From the NCBI RefSeq assembly GCF_009914755.1, contig NC_060943.1: DNA of 64,000 bases. The stretch is one strand, 5' to 3'. Below the pieces are notes generated by a model. It was not told where the DNA came from. It did not search any database and saw only the letters and a program-made list of their open reading frames with translations. Made by a program: the position numbers and the translations under genes. This DNA is from the human T2T-CHM13v2.0 reference genome, Homo sapiens. Positions 20,920 to 64,000 of this stretch are shown here, one piece after another (positions within the stretch are counted from its first letter, which is position 1; the number at the start of each line of letters is the position of its first letter).

Positions 20920-21383
20920 TGTCACGCGAGTCCGTGTGAAGAGTCCACCAAACAGGCTTTGTGTGAGCAACAAGGCTGTTTATTTCACCTGGGTGCAGGC
21001 GGGCTGAGTCCGAAAACAGAGTCAGTAAAGGGTGGTGGGATTATCATTAGTTCTTACAGGTTTGGGGACAGGCGGTGGAGTTAGGAGCAATGTTTTGCGG
21101 GCAGGGGGTGGATCTCACAAAGTACATTCTCAAGGGTGGGGAAAATTACAAAGAACCTTCTTAAGGGTGGGAGAGATTACAAAGAACCTTCTTAAGGGTG
21201 GGGAAGATTACAAAGTACATTGATCAGTCAGGGTGGGGCAGGAACAAATCACAATGGTGGAATATCATCAGTTAAGGCTATTTTCCCTTCTTTTGTGGAT
21301 CTTCGGTTGCTTCAGGCCATCTGGATGTATAGATGCAGGTCACAGGGGATAGGATGGCTTAGCTTGGGCTTAGAGGCCTGACA
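20920..21383 (-). mobile_element. Solo HERV-H LTR (LTR7 family, probably LTR7B-like), 464 bp, inserted inside an Alu
   Basis: Reverse complement starts TGTCAGGCCTCTAAGCCCAAGCTAAGCCATC and ends CTCTTCACACGGACTCGCGTGACA; typical repeated TTTGTAAT..CCCACCCTTAAGAAGG blocks; Alu halves on both sides. Confidence 0.92.
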
Positions 21384-21431
21384 GGAGTTCAAGAGCAGCC
21401 TGGCCAAGATGGTGAAACCCCATTTCTACTA

Positions 21432-21688
<257 letters not shown>

Positions 21689-21706
21689 TCAAAACCAGCC
21701 TGATCA

Positions 21707-22772
<1,066 letters not shown>

Positions 22773-22909
22773 GGGGTCATGGCGGGACAACAGGAGAGAG
22801 CGTCTCACCCATATTTAAAAAAAAAAAAAAAGTGCAATGCAGGCTGGGCATGGTGCCTCACGCCTGTAATCCCAGCACTTTGGGAGGCCGAGGAGGGTGG
22901 ATCACCTCA

Positions 22910-23146
<237 letters not shown>

Positions 23147-23199
23147 TTACAGTGAAAACCTAGATAGTTATCACCTGGATTCTAGTCTACTGTTAATCT

Positions 23200-23478
23200 T
23201 TTCTCCTTCCTTCCTTCCTTCCTTCCTTCCTTCCTTCCTTCTCTCTCTCTTTTTCCTTCCCTTTCTTTCTTTCCTTCCTTTCTCTCTGTTTCTTTCCTTT
23301 CTCTCCCTTCTCTTTTCCTCTTTCTTTCTTTCCTTTCTCTCCCTCTTTCTTTCTTTCCTTTCCTTTCCCTTCCCTTCCCTTCCACTCACTCACTCCCTCT
23401 CTCTCTCTCTCTCTCTTTCCTTTCTTTCTTTCTTTCTTTCTCTCTCTCTCCCTCCCTCCCTCCCTCCCTCCCTCTCTG

Positions 23479-23539
<61 letters not shown>

Positions 23540-23544
23540 TTTCT
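23200..23544. repeat. CT-rich simple repeat (CCTT/CTTT/CT)
   Basis: Directly visible. Confidence 0.95.
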
Positions 23545-23703
23545 TAAGACAGGGTCTCGCTATGTTGTCCCGGCTACAGTGTAGTGGTTATTCACAGGTG
23601 CAATCATACCCACAGAGCAGCCTTGAACTTCTAGGCTCCAGTGATCCTCCTGCACCAGCCTCCTGAGTTGCTGGGAGCACAGACTCATGCCACTGTACCT
23701 TGC
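23545..23703 (-). mobile_element. FAM (fossil Alu monomer, 7SL-derived); its tail expanded into the adjacent CT-rich tract
   Basis: GTGGTTATTCACAGGTGCAATCATA...GCCTTGAACTTCTAGGCTC; monomer length. Confidence 0.75.
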
Positions 23704-23860
23704 TTAATATTTATCTTCCTTTGCCTTATTACCTATCCCTCCATCCATCCGTCTTATTTTCTTTTGTGATTAACTTCAAAAAGAGACTGCAGACACCACT
23801 ACACTTTCTCCCAATACTAAGCATGCACCTCATTAACATTTTTCAGTAAAATTTTTATAG

Positions 23861-24187
<327 letters not shown>

Positions 24188-24512
24188 TAAGTGAGCGACA
24201 AATGCAGACACTGGTACAAAACGAACCCTCATCAAGATACAGAACGAGGCCCTTTATCCCAGGAAGTTCCCCCAGCCCCCTTCCCAGTCACCCTGACCCT
24301 ACTCACCCAGAGGCAACCACTGTTTTTATTATTTTTGCTACCATATGTTAATTCTGTCTGTTTGGAAAATCATCTAACTGAACTCATACAGTGCATCCTC
24401 CTTTGTTTCTGACACTCAGCACAATAATTTTGAGACCGACCCATATTGCTGCATGCATTATTAGCTTGTGCCTTTTCATTGCTAAGTAGTATTCCATTCT
24501 GTGGCTATATTA

Positions 24513-24935
<423 letters not shown>

Positions 24936-25148
24936 CTAAAAAACAAACAAACAAAAAAGAGTAGAATTGTTGGGTCATGGGATAGGTGTGGGCTTAGATT
25001 TGTAAGAAGCTGCCAGGCCTTTTCCTACAGGGTTTGTACCCTTTACTCTCTCATCAATAATGGATAACACTCGGGTGCTTCATTCCTGGAATCTTTGGAT
25101 CTCAGGCCTGCTTTGGGCTGTTGGTATTTCACTGTGGTTGAATGCAGC

Positions 25149-25615
25149 TCTATTAGTCAGATTTGTCCAAAGAAAGAAAACCAAAGAGATATATAAAGAG
25201 ATACCAGCAGAGGTTTATTATGAGAACTTTTCTTACACAATTCTGGAGGCTGAGGAGTCCCACGACGTGCTGTCCATAAGCTGAAGAAGCAGGAAAGCTG
25301 GTGGTGTCATTCAGTCTGAGGCTAAAGGCATGAGGACCAGGAAGTTTGATGTCCTAGGGCAAGAGAAAATGGATGCGCCAGTTAAGAAAACACAGTGAAT
25401 TCGCCCTTCCTCTGCTTTTTGTTCTATTCGAGCCTCCAGCAGATTGGATGAGGCCCGCCCACATTGGTGAGGGAGAACTTCTTTACTCAGTCTACTGATT
25501 CAAATGCTCACCTCTTCCAGAAACACCCCCACAGACACATCCAGAAATAATGTCTTACCAGCTATCTGGGCATCCCTTAGGCCAGTCAAGTTGACGCATA
25601 AAGTTAACCATGACA
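25149..25615 (-). mobile_element. MLT2 (ERVL) LTR
   Basis: GATTGGATGAGGCCCGCCCACATTGG...CCAGTCAAGTTGACGCATAAAGTTAACCATGACA. Confidence 0.8.
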
Positions 25616-25883
25616 TCAGCTTATTTAATAAACTGGCTATATCTGCATATTTGCTCATTTGCCTAATGAGTTATCTCTATCATGCTCTGTGAAAGCAGAG
25701 ATTTTCATCCCTTTAGTTCACTGCTGAATTCCCAGGGCCTAGAACAATGCCTGGCACCTAGTAGCTGTCCAATAAATAAATACTTGGGGAATGAACAAAC
25801 CAATGAATGTATGGATTCTTCTTTATTATTAATAGATCCCAGGGCTTACTTAACACAGCCTGGCAGCTATTAAACATGTAATC

Positions 25884-28080
25884 GAAAGAAAGGAGGGGAA
25901 AAGGAAGGAAGAAGGAAGGTAGCAATGAAGGAAGAAGGAAGGAGGGAAGAAAGGAAGGGAGAGAGAGAGGAAGGAAAGAAGGAAGAAAGGGAGGGAGGAA
26001 GGAGGGGAGGGAGGGAGGAAAGGAAGGAAGGAAGGTAAAAAGGAAGAGAGGGAGGAAGGAGGAAGGAAGGAGAAAGGAAGAGAGGGAGGCAGGGAGGGAG
26101 GGAGGGAGGAAGGAAGGGGGGAGGGAGGGAGGGAGGAAGGAAGGGGGGAGGGAGGGAGGGAGGAAGGAAGGGGGGAGGGAGGGAGGGAGGAAGGGGGGAG
26201 GGAGGGAGGGAGGAAGGAAGGGAGGGAGAAGGAGGAAGGAAGGAAGGGGGGAGGGAGGAAGGAAGGAAGGGGGGAGGCAGGGAGGGAGGGAGGAAGGAAG
26301 GAAGGGGGGAGGGAGGGAGGAAGGAAGGGGGGAGGGAGGGAGGGAGGAAGGAAGGAAGGGGGGAGGGAGGGAGGAAGGAAGGAAGGGGGGAGGGAGGGAG
26401 GGAGGAAGGAAGGAAGGGGGGAGGGAGGGAGGGAGGAAGGAAGGAAGGGGGGAGGGAGGGAGGAAGGAAGGGGGGAGGGAGGGAGGGAGGGAGGAAGGGG
26501 GGAGGGAGGGAGGGAGGAAGGAAGGGGGGAGGGAGGGAGGGAGGAAGGAAGGGGGGAGGGAGGGAGGGAGGAAGGAAGGAAGGGGGGAGGGAGGGAAGGA
26601 GGAAGGAAGGAAGGGGGGAGGGAGGGAGGAAGGAAGGAAGGGGGGAGGGAGGGAGGGAGGAAGGAAGGGGGGAGGGAGGGAGGAAGGAAGGAAGGGGGGA
26701 GGGAGGGAGGGAGGAAGGAAGGGGGGAGGGAGGGAGGGAGGAAGGAAGGGGGGAGGGAGGGAGGGAGGAAGGAAGGGGGGAGGGAGGGAGGAAGGAAGGA
26801 AGGGGGGAGGGAGGGAGGAAGGAAGGAAGGGGGGAGGGAGGGAGGAAGGAAGGAAGGGGGGAGGGAGGGAGGGAGGGAGGGAGGAAGGGGGGAGGGAGGG
26901 AGGGAGGGAGGGAGGAAGGGGGGAGGGAGGGAGGAAGGGAGGAAGGGGGAGGGAGGGAGGGAGGGAGGAAGGGGGGAGGGAGGGAGGGAGGAAGGAAGGA
27001 AGGGGGGAGGGAGGGAGGGAGGAAGGGGGGAGGGAGGGAGGGAGGAAGGAAGGGGGGAGGCAGGGAGGGAGGAAGGAAGGGGGGAGGGAGGGAGGGAGGA
27101 AGGAAGGAAGGGGGGAGGGAGGGAGGAAGGAAGGAAGGAGGGAGGGAGGGAGGAAGGAAGGGGGGAGGGAGGGAGGGAGGAAGGAGGGAGGGAGGGAGGG
27201 AGGAAGGAAGGGGGGAGGGAGGGAGGGAGGAAGGAAGGAAGGGGGGAGGGAGGGAGGAAGGAAGGAAGGGGGGAGGGAGGGAGGGAGGAAGGAAGGAAGG
27301 GGGGAGGGAGGGAGGGAGGAAGGAAGGGGGGAGGGAGGGAGGAAGGAAGGAAGGGGGAGGGAGGGAGGAAGGAAGGAAGGGGGGAGGAGGGAGGAAGGAA
27401 GGAAGGAAGGGGGGAGGGAGGGAGGAAGGGGGGAGGGAGGGAGGGAGGAAGGAAGGGGGGAGGGAGGGAGGAAGGAAGGAAGGGGGGAGGGAGGGAGGGA
27501 GGGAGGAAGGGGGGAGGGAGGGAGGGAGGAAGGAAGGAAGGGGGGAGGGAGGGAGGAAGGGGGGAGGGAGGGAGGGAGGAAGGAAGGGGGGAGGGAGGGA
27601 GGAAGGAAGGAAGGGGGGAGGGAGGGAGGGAGGAAGGAAGGGGGGAGGGAGGGAGGAAGGAAGGAAGGGGGGAGGGAGGGAGGGAGGGAGGAAGGGGGGA
27701 GGGAGGGAGGGAGGAAGGAAGGAAGGGGGGAGGGAGGGAGGGAGGAAGGAAGGGGGGAGGGAGGGAGGAAGGAAGGAAGGGGGGAGGGAGGGAGGGAGGG
27801 AGGAAGGGGGGAGGGAGGGAGGGAGGAAGGAAGGGGGGAGGGAGGGAGGGAGGAAGGAAGGGGGAGGGAGGGAGGGAGGAAGGAAGGGGGGAGGGAGGGA
27901 GGAAGGAAGGGAGGGAGAAGGAGGAAGGAAGGAAGGGGGGAGGGAGGGAGGGAGGAAGGGGGGAGGGAGGGAGGGAGGAAGGAAGGAAGGCCAGAAGGCA
28001 GGAAGGGGTAGGGAGGGAGGGAGGGAAAGAGGAAAGAAGGAAGGAGGGAAGGAAGGAAGGGAGGCGGGGAGGGAGGGAAA
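25884..28080. repeat. About 2.2-kb polypurine (GGGA/GGAA/G6) compound tandem repeat
   Basis: Almost only G and A on the + strand; recurring unit like GGAGGAAGGAAGGAAGGGGGGAGGGAG. Confidence 0.97.
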
Positions 28081-28349
28081 GATCATAAGGATGACTGAAC
28101 ATCTGAAGGCTGAACAGCTTTACGTATTTATGCCTTTTCCGGTCATTTTCTTATGTACTTGTGAATTCCTTCACTTTGCTTTCCTTCTATTTGGCAGATG
28201 TCACTGTAGTCATTTTTAAAAATCAACAACTGTCACCCTCGTAATAATTCGCGAGCGCTTGTCAAGCACTTTGTCAGCAAACACTTCCCGTGTGTTCACT
28301 CGATCTGCACAACAACCCTGTGGAATTGGTTAAGGTTGCTCTTTCTTGC

Positions 28350-31832
<3,483 letters not shown>

Positions 31833-32032
31833 CCCACTTACCCCTTTTCTAACACCAACCCAGATTGTTCTCTGCAATTCAGGATTCATGTTTCTCAGGT
31901 GGCAATCCAAGATCCATTAGCCAGCCACAAAACAATTTAGAAGGTTGTGACCAGATTTGAATTACAAAATAGAAGTAACAGAGGATAGAAATTATCCAAG
32001 AGCATTGCACATAGTGGTCAGAAACTTTTTAC

Positions 32033-32066
<34 letters not shown>

Positions 32067-32649
32067 ATACTAGATCATAATGTAAAATGTATTTCTCACT
32101 GTGGGTTGTGGCCCTATCAGTTGGAAACCACTCATCTAGAATATTATCCATATGGAGAGGGCTGATGCAGGGCCAAATGATGGAGGGTATAAACTCAGGG
32201 CTGAGGGTGTGACTTGATTCTATGGGCAACGTGGAGCCACTGAGCTCTATTGGGTTGCACAGTCACCACCAGCACCTCACTGTCCTGCACTCTGATGTAC
32301 ACATGCCCAACTGTGCACATCATGACGTTTGGAATTCTTCCCATTAGCAAATCCTGCTGCTACAACAAACACTGGCTGTGGACATGATGCAAGAGATTGT
32401 CAGAACAAGAGTTTTAGAATATACTAATCTTAGCCCTAAAGGGTTAAGCCTTCATTTTACAGACAGAAAAAGAGGGACTCTAAGATGAAAAACTACTTGC
32501 CTAGAGTCACTTAATACACCTCTAACCGCTCATCTCGGGATCTTCTTCATCCCCAAGCCCCATGTAGGCCACCTGGTTGGGAATGGTGGAGAACATGACT
32601 CTAGCCAGAACCAGAGAAAGCTGAAGAAGACCTAGGGTAGTGATGAGAG

Positions 32650-32653
<4 letters not shown>

Positions 32654-32712
<59 letters not shown>

Positions 32713-32718
32713 CAGAGA
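32654..32718. repeat. (TG)n(GA)n microsatellite
   Basis: Directly visible. Confidence 0.95.
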
Positions 32719-32744
32719 TAAGGCGCCTATTCTCACTCTCCCAT

Positions 32745-33690
32745 TTCATCATCAATACCTTCACCAATATCACTATCCTCCTCCTCACCGTCATCATCAT
32801 CGTCCTCATCACCATCATCACCACCATCATCATCATCATTATCATCATGACATGTCAACATAATCTTGTCTTCACCACCATCATCATCATCACTATCATC
32901 ATCATCATATCCTCATCTTCACCATCACCATCACCACCACCACCACCATCACCACCACCACCACCATCACCACCGTCACCACCATCACCATCACCAACAT
33001 CATCACCACCATCACCACCATCACCAGCATCATCACCACCATCACCACCATCACCACCACCACCATCACCACATCACCATCACCACCATCACCACCACCA
33101 TCACCAACATCATCACCACCATCACCACCACCATCACCAACATCATCACCACCATCACCACCATCACCAACATCATCACCACCATCACCACCATCACCAT
33201 CACCAACATCATCACCACCATCACCAGCATCATCACCACCATCACCACCATCACCATCACCAACATCATCACCACCATCACCACCACCACCATCACCAAC
33301 ATCATCACCACCATCACCAACATCACCACCACCATCACCACCACCACCACCATCACCAACATCATCACCATCACCACCATCATCACCACCACCATCACCA
33401 CCATCACCACCACCACCATCGCCACCACCATCACCATCACCAACATCATCACCACCATCACCATCATCACCACCGTCACCACCATCACCACCACCATCAT
33501 CATCATAATTATCATCATGACATGTCAACATAATCATGTCTTCACCATCATCATCATCATCACCATCACCATCGTCAACACCACCACCACCATCATCATC
33601 ACCATCACCACCATCACCATCATCATGACATCATATCACCAACATAATCACCACCATCATCGTCATCACCACCACCTCCGCTACCACCAG
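32745..33690. repeat. (CAC/CAT)n trinucleotide-type repeat, about 950 bp, with internal duplication
   Basis: CAC/CAT/CAA triplets; marker ATCATCATGACATGTCAACATAATC at 32841 and 33511. Confidence 0.95.
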
Positions 33691-34829
33691 CATTCCTCTT
33701 TTCCCTAGCCCTTTCTTGCCAATCTGGAGCAAAATATGGAAATGGGTTAAGTGGAGAACTAATCTCCCTTTCTTCCACTCATCCCAATTCCCACAAGAGA
33801 GGCCACGTGTGTGGTTTCCAGATGGCAAAGTCTCACCCTGCCCTACAGCAAGAGGGGACCCCTGGGGCCAGATTCCTGAGCACCTAGTTTTGGCTGCAAT
33901 AGTGACAGTCTGGGTGATGATGTCAGGGTGGCCAGGTCCCCTCCCAGGGTTGGCACTTCCCCATCTATCGGTGTGGCATCGGAGGATTCCAGTGAGATGT
34001 AACATGGGGAGTGGCTGGAAAAATACTCTGTAACTGTATGGCGAATGCCAAGGGGCAGGGGTCCTTGTATACACCGAAGTAATCCCGAGTCAGTTTACAG
34101 GATGGGAAGGGCCCCTATATAGATGACCAGGGTCCTTATGCAGGTAGAAGGGGTCCTTATGCAGCATGAAGGCTTGCTACACAGGCGTGTGGATTTTTCC
34201 ATACATTCTGGAGTAGCCTCTACACATAGGAGTGTTTGTGCTTAGAAGCTGTGTCCTTATGCAGGCTAGGAATAAAAGTGGGACGGAGATTTTACACAAA
34301 TACGGGCATCTTTTACAGGTGGGAGCACTTTCGTACACAGAGGACTTCTTATCCATGGAATTGGCCGTTCTTTGTAAAACGCTCTGTACTTACTAGCAAC
34401 CTTTACACAGACATGAAGTTTCTCCATAAGGATAAAGGGATCATTATGTTTTAGGTGAAATAACAGTATGAGTGGCCTCGTATGGACAAGGAGGGCTGAT
34501 TTCAATCGCGATGCAAGCCAGCTGTCCGGATGCCGCCGACGCCAGCAGCGCGGTACCTGCGCGGGCAGCAGGTGGGAGCCGCGACCGGGGTGGGGCGCGG
34601 AGCGCTGGGGGCCTCCCGACTCCCGCAGTCCCCGCCGCGACCACCAGGGGCAGCACCGTCCCCGCCCGGCCCGCGCCTCCCTCCCCCCAATCTCCGCCCC
34701 CCACCCCCTGCCTCCCCCCCGCTCCCGCTCCCCTGAGCCCAGCCAGACCCCGCGCCGCCCGCGCCCCGCTCGACTCCGGAGGCTCCCGCAGCCCCGGCGT
34801 CCGCCCCGCTGCCCCCTCCCCCGGGGGCC

Positions 34830-55408
<20,579 letters not shown>

Positions 55409-55611
55409 GCCCCTCCTCCCGGCTGGACTGGAGCCTGGCTCCCCTCTTCGGTGAGCTTCCAAGGGCCACCCCAGCTCCTGCAGCCGGGCCTCTGCCCCCC
55501 TCCCGCCCTCCGAGCTGCTCCAGGCATGGGCTGCGTGCCTCCTGCTGGGTGGATCGCACCGGGCAGGCCCTCCAGCCTGCATCACTGCCCTGTCTCTCCC
55601 TCTCTCCGCAG

Positions 55612-55995
55612 TTCCTTCCCTGGCTGCCGGAGGAGACCCCACTAACCCAGCCTGCCTGGGCTCTGACCACTAACACTCTTGGCCATGGACAGCCTGCACA
55701 GGACCGCCTCCCTGCTCTTGGCCACTGTGCTCCCATTTCTGTCCTTGGCCTTGGGAGTAGCTGAGGGGGCAGACTAGGGAGTAGGGCTGGCAGGGGAGGG
55801 GGCAGACAGCCTCGCCTCGCACCCTTCATCCCTGGCTGCCGGTCCCATCCTTGGAGGGACTAAGCTGGGGGTGGGGGACATGAGTCCCCCTGCTGCCCCT
55901 GCCACATCCCAGTGGGCTCTGACCCCCTGATCTCAACTCGTGGCACTAACTTGGAAAAGGGTTGATTTAAAATAAAAGGGAAGACTATTTTACAA
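55612..55995 (+). other. TTYH1: TTYH1 terminal exon 14 (3' UTR; codes SFPGCRRRPH* to 55645 in the exon-12-skipped isoform); 3' end approximate
   Basis: Long pyrimidine tract tgtctctccctctctccgcag| ending 55611; AATAAA at 55971. Confidence 0.85.
55971..55976 (+). terminator. Polyadenylation signal of TTYH1
   Basis: AATAAA about 360 nt into the last exon, with U/C-rich sequence downstream. Confidence 0.85.
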
Positions 55996-56279
55996 GCAGC
56001 TGGGTCCTCCTTATTTCTCCTCTCCCTTGATTCGGCCTCCTGGCCAGGGCTGGGACATCCTCCCTGCTGTCCTCTCTCCCCCGGCCTCCCAGCTGCCAGG
56101 AATTTCTGCGCCTGTCCAGGCTCAGCAAGGGGTCCAAAGACATTGTTCTTTAAAAAAAAAAAAAAAAAAATCAAAAAACAAAACGCTTTCTTCTGATTCT
56201 AAAAGTAATGCGCGTGTCCTGACACAGGAAGACACAGGCATCTCTGGCACAGAATAGATGGCCTAGAAATAGATCTAAC

Positions 56280-56319
<40 letters not shown>

Positions 56320-56489
56320 CACACATGACAGAAGACAGATTTCAAGTCAGTGTGGAAAGGACGGTTGGTTTAGCAGCAGTAGTGACATATCGGCTCTCCA
56401 TCTGGCCAAAAACTTCTATAGATAAGATGGGTGGAAGATCTAGATGTATGCAAGTAAAGGCACAGAAGAATTTCTAGAGAAATTAGGAG

Positions 56490-63999
<7,510 letters not shown>

Positions 64000-64000
64000 C

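Noticed and set aside
25850-28102. 750-aa and 738-aa Pro/Ser/Leu/Phe ORFs on the minus strand
   Set aside because: Artefact of a C/T-only repeat that cannot contain stop codons; open in several frames, non-ATG context, no gene structure.
32847-33708. Poly-His, poly-Thr/Ile, Gly/Asp and Met/Val ORFs
   Set aside because: Translations of the (CAC/CAT)n repeat in multiple frames on both strands.

Overview
This is human (primate) genomic DNA, recognisable as chromosome 19q13.42. It contains one complete protein-coding gene, TTYH1 (tweety family member 1), on the + strand. The CpG-island promoter lies at about 34.5-35.3 kb and the ATG at 34830. Thirteen coding exons, all with GT-AG introns, splice to a 450-aa protein (stop 55406-55408). 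A 3'-UTR intron and AATAAA at 55971 follow. The rest of the window is extremely Alu-dense, with old L1/L2/MIR debris, several solo LTRs (HERV-H LTR7-type, HERV-W LTR17, THE1, MER4, MER21, MLT1, MLT2), MER20/MER53 DNA elements, MSR1 37-bp minisatellites and long simple repeats upstream of the promoter. Nearly all other ORFs in the track are Alu or low-complexity artefacts. I see no evidence of a wholly new gene system. The best leads are regulatory: (1) a compact SOX-OCT + RFX + RBPJ motif cluster at intron 2/exon 3; (2) a dual-frame 3' end controlled by a weak exon 12 flanked by MSR1 repeats; (3) intact solo LTRs; (4) several degenerate tandem arrays around the promoter. Repeat subfamily names are from recalled consensus sequences, not a database search.
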